In this document: positions 38,851 through 51,320 of the stretch, in pieces
Layout of the letters: each line of letters starts with the position of its first letter
Position numbering within the stretch: position 1 is the first letter of the stretch
Source: Lama guanicoe
Taxonomy: Eukaryota
DNA: 64,000 bases
Assembly (NCBI GenBank): GCA_013239625.1
Contig: MU054098.1
Location: 2,233,104-2,297,103, forward strand
Direction of reading: 5' to 3'
Program-made: the position numbers and the translations under genes
Notes under the pieces: model-generated
What the model was told of the DNA's origin: nothing
Database searches by the model: none
Seen by the model: the letters and a program-made list of their open reading frames with translations, nothing else

Positions 38851-40683
38851 GATTCGATATTTTTAACCCTTCATTAAAAGTGCTCATCGTAGTATGGTAG
38901 GTCCTATGATTCCATTATCCATGCTGGGTTTATATTCAAGAATAGGTGTCTGCCAACACGGATGATTTGAGGGGCACTGGGTAGATTTACTGCTTTTGAG
39001 TCCCCTAATTCCCTTCAGACTAACCAGTGTGCTAGAAATTTTTTTCTATTAGAGATGTGTTCTTTCATATTAGGCCTCCAGAGTCTCCCCTCTTAAAATG
39101 CAAACACCCTCTGGAGAAGGAGTACATTAAAGCTATTATTAGTCACTGGCACCATGTCATTTAATGGATCAGCCTGTCACCTAACAAGGCCAGGAGGGAG
39201 TAAGGAGGGTACAGGAAGAGAAACATTACTTAGTCAGAGATTGTGCCAAGAATTGTATCAAAAGTTTGCTGTCATCCTTCCTTGTACTCCTCCATTGCCC
39301 TCCCTTTTCAGTTTTAAGATTACTCATCTGACCCTGTAGAGTCTGTGAACTACCTGTGAGTCATTTTTATCTATTTTGTCCCTGTTGGTGATAGAATATT
39401 TGGTATCCCATAAGGAACTGGTATAAGGGAACTATTTTTTTAATTTTAATTTCTCCCAGTCTTCTCCTCTTCTCAACAATGCAGTCAGAATGGCAAGTAA
39501 TATAGGGTGTGTCCATATAGGTCACTAAATTACCCAGTTACCAAATTGGTTTCATTAACAATTTAATTGCTGACCATGCAATCAATCTGGTAAATTTTAG
39601 CAAATACCAAAAAACTGCAATTTCCTCCCCGAGGCCCACTCACAAAAGGATCAGCAATTTGAGCGACCTGACCAAGCTGACCAGAAGTTCTGGTACCATG
39701 CTGGTACAATTTCTTTGACATTTTCTCAACTTTTCTCTTGACCACTGACTAAACCACTGGATGGGGATTTGACATTCTAACTTCTTAGTGGACAGTTTTA
39801 GGTTTCCAGTAGATACAGGTTGGATAGAGGTGATCAATAAAATTCTTTTATTGCCAGAGTCTACTGTGTTATCCCTTCTTCCTACCCCTAACTCTGTTAG
39901 CTACATTGACTGTCATTGGACAATTCAATTTTTTTGACACAGTCATATTGCACTGATAATACCTATTTCTGCTTTCTAAATACCTCCATTTGCCCACATC
40001 AAGTATTTCAAAAGTCAGTGTGTTCTTTATTTCAATTCATATAACACAATGCTCACTTAGTGCTATTTAAAATGCTCTTATTTGCTCCTTTACTAATGTC
40101 CTAAAAGTTTTTTGTCCCTGCCTAAGAAGATTGCATTACTATTCCCCCAGAGACCTTGTTCCAAAGGTACAATTGCTTCTCAGATATTTCATCTACCTTC
40201 TCTGGTTAATTCTTAGTACTTAATAATCCCTCAACATATTTATTCATTTGGTTTGTAGCTATCTCTTCAAAATCTTCATTGGATTCATAATACAGTTTAG
40301 TGAAAATTTTAAAGTGTGGATATGGCATCTGTTTAAGTGAATGAGTTCACTGGTTGTTTTTATTCATTCAATCCCTTTAGTATGTGCATAGGCACATACT
40401 TTCTGAAAGTTAGGCACCTGTTAATAGGGACAAAGCAAAGGGGAGAAGCGATCTGGATAATACAGGTAAAAACACCTTATCCTCAATTATTTGACTCTTT
40501 CAGATTGCTAAAGATGGACTTTACCTAAATTATCCAGACAACTATAACTATTTAATATTTTGGGGAGATATATTATGTACATATATGTATTTATTTTAAA
40601 TTTTGAGTCTATTACAAACCTAGCCTAGGCTAAGGACCTAAAATATTATAATTATTATTTAACTAGTCTCTCTACCTGTAGTT

Positions 40684-40898
40684 CAGAGGTTAGTAAATTA
40701 TGGACCACAGGCCAAATCCATCCTGTTCTCTGTTTCTGTAAATGAAGTTTTATCCACACACAGCCACTCTTATTTGTTTACATATTAACTAACGCTAATT
40801 TCAGACTACAATGGTGGAGTTCAATAGTTGCAACAGAGAACATATAGTCTAAAATATATACCACCTGGACATTCACAAAACACATTTGCTGGTCCCTG
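40684..40898. mobile_element. MER58-like hAT MITE
   Basis: cagaggttagtaaattatggaccacaggccaaatcc ... tttgctggtccctg. Confidence 0.8.
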
Positions 40899-40904
40899 TT
40901 CTTT

Positions 40905-41460
40905 TCTTCATTGATCCTGCACATCACTGTCACATTCATTTTTCTAAGACACCAATTCCATCATGTCACTCTCCTGTACCCAAATCTTAAGTGCACAATT
41001 GATATTCAGCTGGTATGCACTGTGATGGCTTTACTTTCCATTGTTAGTGCCCATGACAAGCTGGCTGTTAAATATTTTGAAAATCACATTTGCTTAAATT
41101 GTTCTTATTTTCATGGAGTAAAATCAAGCTCTTTAGCCTAGCATTCAAGGCCCTTTTTAATTTTCTTTCTTACTTGCACCCTGTATGAACCATCATTTTT
41201 TATTCAGAACATACTCACTCATCCTTACCTTTGTCTTTTCCTTTAAATCATCCCCTTCATTTAGAATGGCCTGAACCCTGCTTTCTCCTTTTATGAATAT
41301 GGAGATTATTTGTCCAAATTTACCTCAGACAATCTCAGTTTAAACCTGTTATCCTGATATAACAATTAAAGGTACCTTCTTTCACTCTCAAAGCTTCCTG
41401 GTTTGGACAACAAATTATATAGTTATCCTGGCTATGAATCATATTCTTCTTTGAGGATTA
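40905..41460 (+). mobile_element. Degenerate L2
   Basis: 'catgtcactctcctg' and 'ctttagcctagcattcaaggccc'. Confidence 0.55.
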
Positions 41461-41734
41461 CTTCAAAATCTATTGCTTCCATGAAGCCTTTGAGGTCGTC
41501 AACTTACAGAGCTTTTTCCCTCTTTCAAGCTCTCTTAGCATCTTGTTACTTATAGTATGGAGTCTTACACTAGATATATGTTTACTTTCATAACATTGAC
41601 CCTCAATTCGAATATAAGCTCTATTAAAATAAGAACCAGGCCATGTATTTATTTTCCTGTTACACACGTTTATTGAGTAATTTCTGTGTGCCCACAAGTG
41701 GGAACTGCTTCCAGGGAAAAGCAGGAATTGAATC

Positions 41735-41965
41735 TCATTTATTCATTTAACAGACATTTGTTGAGTACCCTCTATGTTCCTGTCACTGGGGCTGTATAGA
41801 TGTATGACCAGCCTTTTCCCTAAAGAGGCAGGAAGATAAGGTGAATACACACCCCCACAGCTGATGGAGGCTGTGATAAGCCATGTGTGACAGCAGAAGA
41901 TCTCAATGTTTACCTCCAGGGGAGGCAAATCAGAGATGGCTTCCTGGAGGAAGGCCAGCTGGGCA
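41735..41965 (-). mobile_element. L2 3' end
   Basis: 'cattcatttaacagacatttgttgagtacc'-like start and 'gatggcttcctggaggagg'-like end. Confidence 0.7.
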
Positions 41966-42101
41966 CAGATTCAGCTTATTGGCCCCATCAATATTTTATC
42001 CCTTTGTCTCACTGTGATTATTCAGCTGCCTGGTGGTTATATTACATATTTTGTACCTGTAGATCTCCTAGACTATCTCTCATATACATAAATTGGTTCT
42101 C

Positions 42102-42134
42102 ATATATATATGTGTATATGTATATGTATATGTA

Positions 42135-42170
<36 letters not shown>

Positions 42171-42210
42171 GGTTGAGTATATATATATATATACGTGTGT
42201 TTATATATAG
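42102..42210. repeat. (TA)n/(TATG)n microsatellite
   Basis: Direct reading. Confidence 0.9.
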
Positions 42211-42591
42211 TTAACAAACTACAATCATGACATGGGAAACACATCTTGGAAGAAGGAGCTATATTCTTTAAAATTTAAAATGATAATAGCATAGAAAATC
42301 CTATTAACCTTTCCCTCACATTACCAGGATCACTCTATTGACAAATCTTTAATTTTCAAATGATATGAGGCTCATCCACTCAGCTTGAGTAGCCAGACAG
42401 TCTTCATTCTCAGAGGGATATAATATAAAGGACATTACAATAAGAACCATAGGATTGAAGTTTCTATACTTGGCTCCATCATAATCATTTAAACTTTTCA
42501 GATATCAGTGTCTTCACCTGTTAAAGAAATAAGGTTGGACTAGGTGACTTCTAAGAACTAACATTTTATTATATTAAAAAAATTAAGTAAT

Positions 42592-42706
42592 GGAGAGGAG
42601 GGTATAGCTCAGTGGTAGAGTAGCATGCACAAGGTCATGGGTTCGATCCCCAGTACCTCCATTAAATAAAAAAATAATGATAATAAATAAATAAAATAAA
42701 TATTTT
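42592..42706 (+). mobile_element. tRNA-derived SINE, Vic-1 (camelid)-like
   Basis: A-box tagctcagtgg, B-box ggttcgatccc, A-rich tail; degenerate TSD aaaaattaagtaat (42578-42591) / aaaaactaactaat (42707-42720). Confidence 0.85.
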
Positions 42707-43898
42707 AAAAACTAACTAATGAAATCAACAGATAATTTGTAGAACACAGATTAGGGTAAGTTAACTAATATATTTCATAGAACATATAAATTCATCTTCA
42801 GATATGTTATCAATATAAATTGACTTTCTGTTAGCCATATTTAGTTTAATTACTTCAAATTGTGTTTGAGACAAAGAAAATTTTCATTTAGAGTGTGTGT
42901 GACTGTGTGTATAATGAAACTGAACTGCTTAATTAAATTTTAGAAGAGGGAGATTCTGGGAACAGGGTGAACTGAATATATAGCACCTTTTCCCTCAGTT
43001 CCTAACTACAAGCTATATGTTTTTTCTGAGCAAAATGGATACTATATGGCACTGAGCAAAATGTGTACCATGGGCGGCTGGGTATAAGCAAGACCTGGGG
43101 CCTTCTTAGGTCCGAGTGAGAAAACTGATACAGGGCTTTCTCCCTTCCCTGCCCACTATATAAGTGTATGAAGACCAGTATCATGGATTCTTAGAGGTGA
43201 AGACTGCAAATTGTTAGATCCTGATTTTTGCAGAGCTATGAATCATTGTGGAGAGGGTTGATACTGGCCTTACATGAGATTGCCAGGTCATTCTGACTCC
43301 TAAAAACACAAGAAGAAACTGAAGAAGTGAGTCAAGTCTTTCCTTCCTTCCTGAGACTAGGAGAGTACGAGAAAAACAAGAGAGCAAGGAGACTTCCTCC
43401 AAGTGCCTCAGGAGGCTCTTCCATACTCTCTACCTACTTCTCTTTTCCTGGCTTACAGAGATAGAGGCACTTTGCATTCACTGCAGGACTGCTGATACGT
43501 AGGACATGCTGCCTACCGGAATCCCAAAAAAGATGACAGTGGAAAGTAACAACCTCATCTCCGGGTACCCAGCAGCTAGAGAGAAGAAGATCAAGCGGAA
43601 CAAACTGAATATATGCTCAGTGAAACAGAGTTGCTGGAAGGGACAGATGAAAACTTAAATAAAAAATAAGAGCACTGAAGGATGTTCAAGTGCAGTGCAG
43701 AAAACACTTTCTGGAATGAAAAATAATAATTTTCCATCTATCCAACTTGGTAAATAAATTGAAACAGAAGATGGTCACCATTAAGAGATGAATTGGTATA
43801 CATACATTAGGATAAACAGCCTGGGAGTGTTTAAATGTTTAATAAGGACTCAACCTAAAAGGGACTTACTTTAAGAGAAACTCTCTAAGAAACTAGAG

Positions 43899-44217
43899 CG
43901 GTGGCTGGCAAACTATAGCCTACAGGTCAAATCTGACCCGCCATCTATTTATGGTCTGTGAGCTAAGACTGTTTTTTTTTACATTCTTAAAATGTTGAAA
44001 AATATCAAAATAAGACTATTTCATAATGTGAAAATTATAGGAAATTAAACTTTTAGTATCCATAAAGTTTTCTTGGAACACAGTCATACTCATTCATTTA
44101 TGTATTATTTCTGATTTACATGAAAAGCAGAGCTGGAGAGTGCAATAAAGACCATTAGGCCTGCCAAGTCTAACATGTTTACAATCTTGTCCCTTACAGA
44201 AAGTTTGCCAATCCCTG
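43899..44217. mobile_element. MER58B-like hAT MITE
   Basis: ggcaaactatagcctacaggtcaaatctgacc ... aagtttgccaatccctg. Confidence 0.85.
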
Positions 44218-44225
44218 GTCTAGAG

Positions 44226-44442
44226 CAGTGCTGTCCAATAGAACTTCCTGAGATAATAGAAATGGTCCACATATGTTCTGTTCAATACACTAGCCATCAG
44301 CCATGTGTGGCTATTTAGAACTTGGTATGTGGCTGTAACAACTGAGTTACTGAATTTTTATCTTGATTTATTTTTATTATGTTAAATTTAAACACAGTCA
44401 TATGCAGCTTGTGGCTAGTAGCTACTATACTGGGCAACACAA
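44226..44442. mobile_element. MER3-like hAT MITE
   Basis: cagtgctgtccaatagaacttcctgagataatagaaatg ... gtggctagtagctactatactgggcaacac. Confidence 0.85.
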
Positions 44443-45739
44443 GTTTGGAACAAAAACCACTAAATAATGGAAGCAAAGTCTAGGAGTTATGGTGGTAGGG
44501 GTGGTAGTGATAAAATGAAAAAGCCGAACTGGCAATCATGATATCAGACAAAGTGAATGTAACATTTAATGCATGAAACAGAGTTAGAGAGATGTTAAAG
44601 TAATGCTAAAAACCATATGCATGTGTGTATAAAACTACATAAAATAATAACTATTAGAAATAAAAGGGAAAACTTTGTAAAATGAAGTTATAGTTGGAGA
44701 TCATATATACCTTTCTCAGATCAGACTGGTTGAGAAAAAAATAATATAAAGGAATAGAAGGAAACAATCAATCAAACTTAATTGACTGACTACATATAAA
44801 AACCTACATTCCTCAAACAGAGAACATACGTTCTTTGTTATGTCCATGGAATATTAACAAAATTAATCAGGTGCTTGGCCGCAAGGAAAACCATAAAACA
44901 ATGAAAAAATAAGGATTTTACTGGTTGAAGCCTTTGATCATAATCCAAAAAATATTAGAGATAAAAAGTTGGACATAAAAATCATAATGACTTGGAAACT
45001 AAATTAAGAAACATTCCTAGATAACCCTTGGATCAAGGATGATATAAAAGGAAATTATAAAATCCCTAGAAGGCATGGAAAGGAGAATACTATATACTAA
45101 AATCTATAAGACACTGAAAACTGTAGTCAGATAAAAATATGTAGCATTAAATAGCCTCATCATAGAAGAAGAAAGAAAATAAATAAATGTATTCATCTTC
45201 AAAACAGTTAGAAAAATAACAAAACAAAGTTTAAGAAAACAGAAGAGATAAAAGCTAAAAATGAATGGATTTTTTTAAATTGAAAGGGCAAATAAATCTA
45301 AAGTCATTTGGTGGGGGTGGGGGAAATGAATTTTTAATGCTGCAGTTTCAGAAAGAGAGAGGCAAAACAGACGTGTAGAAATAAGAAATAAACATACTCA
45401 TGAAAAGCGAAATAATGAAACTCCATGATACAACATTGAAAACCTTGCCAAAATTGACACAAAAAGAAGTGAGAAACTTGACTAGACCAATCATCAGAGA
45501 GGAATATTGGAAAGGTCAATGTGTTACCATTTAAAACAACTCCATCCAGGAAACACGGGTTACAATCAAGTTTTATATGACCTTTAAAGATTAAATATTC
45601 CTATGTAATATAAATTATTCCAGGCCATAGAAAACAATGGGAGGCTCTCCAATCCATTTTATAATATCAGCAACACTTTAATTTTAAAATTTGATAAAAA
45701 TAGCATTCAAAAAGATTTTACATACAATTGAAACTAAAT

Positions 45740-48700
45740 TGAAATTAATCCAAACAAAATTATTGTAAATTAAGATAACTGGGGAATCTCTAAGATAATA
45801 ACTCAAAGATATGCTAAAGTAAATGACAAGGGAATTAAAATCATATATTAGAAAATATGTATTTAACACAAAAATAAGTATTTATAGAGGAATATAAGAA
45901 CAAAAAGATATGCCATATAGAAAACAAAAAAAAAATGGCAAATGTAAATCCTGTGCTAGCAATAATTACATCAAATGTTAATGAACTAAACATTCAGGTT
46001 AGAGGCAGAACCTAGGAGAATGGATAAAAATATGATTCAATTATATGATATCACAAGAGACACTTCAGATTCTGGGACATAAATACTTTGCTAGTGAAAG
46101 GATGGAAAAAACATATACCATTAAAACAGTAATTAAAGAGAGGGAAAGTGACTATACTAATATCAGACAAATAGACTTTAAGGCAAAAATTCTTACTATA
46201 GAAACAAAGAAAGATATTTTATAATGATAACAGGATTAATCCATCAAAAAGCATAACAATTATAAATATATATGCATTTAACAAAACACCAAAACTCATG
46301 AAGCAAAAACTGACAGAACTGAAGGAAGAAATAAACAATTGAGCAATAATTAGTAGGAGATTTCAATAACCCACTTTCAATAATGGATAGAACAACTAGA
46401 CAGAAGACAGGAAATAGAATATTTGAACAACACAATAAATCAACTTGAACTAACAGACATCTATAGAACACTCTACCTAACAACAGCAGAATTCAGTCTT
46501 CTCAAGTTCATATGGAATATTCTCCAAGAGAGACCAAAGGTTAGGCTATGAAACAAATCTCAATAAATTTTAAAGGACTGAAATCATAAAGTATATTTTC
46601 TGAACACAACAAAAGAAATCACAAAGATTAGAAGCTAATTTGAAATAAATAAAAGTGAAAACACAACATACCAAAACTTACAGTATGAACTAAAGGAGTA
46701 TTCAGAGGGAAATTTATAGCTGTTGATGCCTATTTTTTTAAAAGTAAGATCATAAATCAGTAACCTAACCTTCCACCTTACGAAATTAGGAAAATAAGAG
46801 CAAATTAAACTCAATGCGAGCAGAAAGAAACTAATAATAAATAAACCATAAGGAAAATAATTAGAGAATAGAAAAATAACAGTAATAATCAACAAAACCA
46901 AAAGTCAGTTCTTTGAAAAGATGAAAAATTGAAAAAACCTTTAGCTTGACTGACCAAGACAAAAAGAGAGAAGATTCAGATTACTCAAATCAGGAGTGAA
47001 ATAGAAGACATTACTACCAACTCTGCTGAAATGAAAGAATTATAAGGGAAATCTACAAAATATTAGACCATCTAAAAATATTAGATAACCTAGATGAAGT
47101 GAACAAATTCCTAGAAAGACACAAACTACGGAAACCATCTAAAGAAAAAATGGAATATCTGCATATACCAATAACAAGTAAAGAGAATGAAATAGTAATT
47201 TCAGGACTTGATGGCTTCACTTTTGAACTCTACCAAAGTTTTAAAAAATTAAAACAAGCTCTTAAAAACCATAAAAAAAAAAACCCATCCTAACTTATTC
47301 TATTAGGCCAGTATTACTCTGATACATCATTACCAAGCTGAATTTGTCTTGGGTATGAAAGATTGGTCCAACATATAAAAATCAATCAATGTAATGTACT
47401 TTGTTAATACAATAAAGAAATAATCTCACATGTTTATTTCAAAAGGCACACACACACAAAACACTTGAAAAAAATTCAACATCTTTTCATGATAATAACA
47501 CTCAACAAACTAGGAATAGAAGGGAACTTCCTCAACCTAAAAAAAAAAAAAAGGCCATCTACAAAAACCCACAGCTTACTTCCATCATACTTAATGGTGA
47601 AAAACTGAAAACTTTCCTTCTAAGAACAGGACTAAGCCAAGGATGTTCACGTTCACTTCTATTCTACATTGTACTAGACGTTCTAGTCAGAATCATAAGA
47701 CAAATAAAAGAAATATCTAGATTGGAAAGGAAGAAGTGAAATTATTTCTATTTTCAGATGACATCATCTTGTATGTAGAAAATCCTAAGGAATCCACAAA
47801 AATAGTATTAAAACTAATAACTTGTTCAGTAAAATTGCAGGATATAAGATCAACACACAAAAATAAGTTGTTTTTGAATACACTAGAAATAGACAATCCA
47901 AAAATGAAATTAAGAAAACAATTCCATTTACAACAGTATCAGAGATAATAAAATATTTAGTAATAAATTTAACCAAAGAAGTGCAAGATTTGTACACTGA
48001 AAATTACAAAACATTGTTGAAAGAAATTTAGGATATGAATGAATGGAAAGATATTCCATGTTCATGGATTGGAAGATAATATTAATAAGATGGCAATACT
48101 ACCAAATTTATCTACAGATTTAATTCAATCCCTTCCAAAGATTTTTTGTTTGTTTTTGGAGAAATTGATAAGCTGATCCTAAATTCATATAGGACTCAGA
48201 ACAGCCAAAACAATTTTGAAAAAGGACAAAGTTGGAGAACTCAGTATAAAGCTACTGTTGTATTTGAAAGCCATATATAAAACAAAATGGCAAAGCTACA
48301 GTGGTTAAGACTGTGTAGTTTGATATAGGATAGATATAAAAATGAATGGAATATATTTGATAAGTCCAGAAATAAACCTTAACATTCATCATCAATTGAT
48401 TTTTGGAATGAGTACTAAGATTTCTCAGTGGAAGAAAAGACTAGTCTTTTCAACAGATGTTGCTGGGACAACTGAATATCCACATGTAGCAAAATGAAGT
48501 TAGAATTAACTGAAAATAATTCAAAGACCTAATGCAAGCACTGAAATGATAAAATTTTAGGAGGAAACATAGGTGTAAATCTTTGCGCCTTGGATTTGGC
48601 AATATTTCTTAGATATGACACCTAAAGTATAAAAACTAAATGAATTGGACTTCATCAAAATTAAAACTTTGAGTTTCAAAGGATACCATCAAGAAGTGAA

Positions 48701-49214
48701 AAGAAAACCTACAGAATGGGAGAAAATATTTGCAAATCATATATCTAGAATCTTAATTCTAGTATATAGAATACATAGAGAACTTGTAAAACTCAGTAAT
48801 AAAAAGAAGACATACAGATTACCACTAGGTATGTGAAGAGGTACTCGACATTACCAGTCATCAGGAAAATGCAAATCAAAACCACAATGAGATATTACCT
48901 CATACCTGTTAGAATGGCTATCATCAAAAAGACAAGAGATAAAAATTGCTGGTGAGGATGTGGAGAAAAGGAAATCCTTGTACATCATTGGTGGGAATGC
49001 AAATTGGTACAGTCACTATGGAAAACAATATGGAGGTTTCTCAAGAAACTAAAAATAGTACTACCGTAAGATCCAGCAATCCCACTTCTTGGTATATTTT
49101 CAAAGGCAATGAAAACAAGACTATCAAAGAGATACCAGCACCCCCATTTACAATAGCCAAAATATGGAAATAACCTGTGTCCATTAACAGATGAATGAAT
49201 AAAGAAATGTGGTA

Positions 49215-49256
<42 letters not shown>

Positions 49257-50030
49257 AAATGGTATATTATTCAGCCATGAGAAAGAAGAAAATCCTATTT
49301 GTGACAACATGGATGGATCTTGAGGGCATTATGCCACATGAAATAAACCAGACAAATAAAGAAAAATACTGCATAGTATCACTTATATGTAGAATCTTAA
49401 AAAAAAGAAAAAGTTAAACTCATAGGAACAGAGAAGAAAAGTGGTTACCAGGGGCTGAGGTGTGGGGGAAAAACAACTCAATAATAAAAAGATAAATAGC
49501 AGAATTAAAAATGATCAAAGGATTTGAATAGACATTTATCCAAAGAAGATATAGAAATGGCCAATAAACACATGAAAGGTTGCTCAACATCATTTGTCAT
49601 CAGAGAAATGGAAATCAAAATCACAATAAGATACCACTTCACATCTACTAGGAGTGCTATGAAAAAGACAGACAATAACAAGTATTGACAAAGATGTGAA
49701 GAAACTGGAACCCTTATTCACTGTTGGTGGGTGGTAATACATATTCTGCTGCTTTGGAAAATAGTTTTGCAATTCCTTAAAACATTAAACACAGAGTTAC
49801 CATATGACCCAGCAATACCCAAGAAAAGTAAAAACTTGTTTACAGAAAAAACTTGTATACATATATTACTAAAATCCACACAATGCACTATTAATTCAGT
49901 CATAAAAAGGAATGAAGTACTGCTATAGGCTACAATATGGATGAATTTTGAAAACATTATATATGTACAGTTTAAAATAATTTTATGGTATGCGAATTAT
50001 ATCTCAATAAAATATTAATAATAACAATAA
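45740..50030 (+). mobile_element. Intermediate-age L1 (end of ORF1, ORF2, 3' UTR), interrupted at 48808-49474
   Basis: EN 'gtaggagatttcaataacccactt', RT 'ttttcagatgacatc' (LFSDD, 47736-47948), 3' end 'gaattatatctcaataaaa'. Confidence 0.88.
48808..49474 (+). mobile_element. Younger L1 fragment (ORF2 C-terminus and partial 3' UTR) nested in L1, no poly(A)
   Basis: ORF2 C-terminal text; flanked by aactcagtaataaaaaga / aactcaataataaaaaga; (TG)n at ~49218-49252. Confidence 0.8.
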
Positions 50031-50164
50031 TGCAATCAAATTGTGTGAGAAATCAAGAGTACTACATGTTATAACCTAGAGAGCATATGAGCAATCTAAG
50101 GAAGCTAAACTATTTAGATCAAAAGATAGACATATTTGATCATTTAAAATTAAAAACTTCTATT

Positions 50165-50870
50165 CCCAGTCTTTTGAGGAATCTCCACACTGTTTTCCAT
50201 AGTGGCTGCACCAAACTGCATTCCCACCAGCAGTGTAGGAGGGTTCCCCTTTCTCCACAGCCTCTCCAGCATTTGTCATTTGTGGATTTTTGAATGACGG
50301 CCATTCTGACTGGTGTGAGGTGATACCTCATTGCAGTTTTGATTTGCATTTCTCTGATAATTAGTGATANNNNNNNNNNNNNNNNNNNNNNNNNNNNNNN
50401 NNNNNNNNNNNNNNNNNNNNNNNNNNNNNNNNNNNNNNNNNNNNNNNNNNNNNNNNNNNNNNNNNNNNNNNNNNNNNNNNNNNNNNNNNNNNNNNNNNNN
50501 NNNNNNNNNNNNNNNNNNNNNNNNNNNNNNNNNNNNNNNNNNNNNNNNNNNNNNNNNNNNNNNNNNNNNNNNNNNNNNNNNNNNNNNNNNNNNNNNNNNN
50601 NNNNNNNNNNNNNNNNNNNNNNNNNNNNNNNNNNNNNNNNNNNNNNNNNNNNNNNNNNNNNNNNNNNNNNNNNNNNNNNNNNNNNNNNNNNNNNNNNNNN
50701 NAGGGAAATATACACAAAATGTTATGATAACTCACAGAGAAAAAAATGTAACAATGAGTGTGTATATGTCCATGAATGACTGAAAAATTGTGCTGAACAC
50801 TGGAATTTGACACAACATTGTAAAATGATTATAAATCAATAAAAAATGTTAAAATAAATAAATAAATAAA
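50165..50870 (+). mobile_element. Young L1 with inverted 5' segment (50165-50369 on minus strand) and 20-bp TSD, spanning the gap
   Basis: Minus-strand [34 protein letters not shown]; plus-strand 3' end 50702-50870; taaaattaaaaacttctatt at 50145-50164 and 50871-50890. Confidence 0.85.
50370..50701. other. Assembly gap (N run)
   Basis: Direct reading. Confidence 1.
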
Positions 50871-50890
50871 TAAAATTAAAAACTTCTATT

Positions 50891-51160
50891 AGTAAAATAT
50901 AAACAAAAATACCATAAAATAAAATGTGTAATACTAATGAAAGACAGAAGATTACTATCCATAAACAAAGAGCTCTTTTAAATTGGAAGAAAAATGACAA
51001 CTCAATAGAAAAATGGGCATAGGTAATAAATAATTAATTCATAGAAGAATAAAGACAAAAATGTTCACTAACAGTCAGGGAAATGCAAATTAAAGTAAAA
51101 ATGAGGCAATGCTTTAAATCCATCATACTGGCAAGATTTAAGGACCAATAACACCCACAT
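50891..51160 (+). mobile_element. Ancient L1 ORF2 3' fragment (continues 50030-50164)
   Basis: 'caatagaaaaatgggca...cagggaaatgcaaattaaag'. Confidence 0.7.
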
Positions 51161-51189
51161 ATTTCATACCTATCCACGCTGTTATCTAT

Positions 51190-51320
51190 AAAACAAAGAA
51201 GATGAAAGTACCTACCTTATATAAATGTTTTGAGGATTAAATCAGATATCACATATAAATTGCTAAGAAAAAAGTGCCAAGCACATAGTAAGTCCTCATC
51301 ACACATTAGCTATCATTATC
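51190..51320 (+). mobile_element. MIR 3' half
   Basis: 'tgaggattaaa...gtgccaagcacatagtaag'. Confidence 0.7.

Larger units (their letters stand above)
43000..45710 (+). mobile_element. Ancient L1 (L1ME/L1M5-like) 5' region and ORF2 EN portion; boundaries approximate
   Basis: Diverged EN text 'atatcagacaaagtgaat', 'agttggagat', 'aacagagaacatacgttcttt...tgtccatggaata'. Confidence 0.6.

Noticed and set aside
42596..42662. Functional tRNA gene
   Set aside because: Shortened anticodon region, A-rich tail and TSD-like flanks indicate a SINE.
50140..50813. Long ORFs of 139-191 aa
   Set aside because: Artefacts of translating through the N gap.
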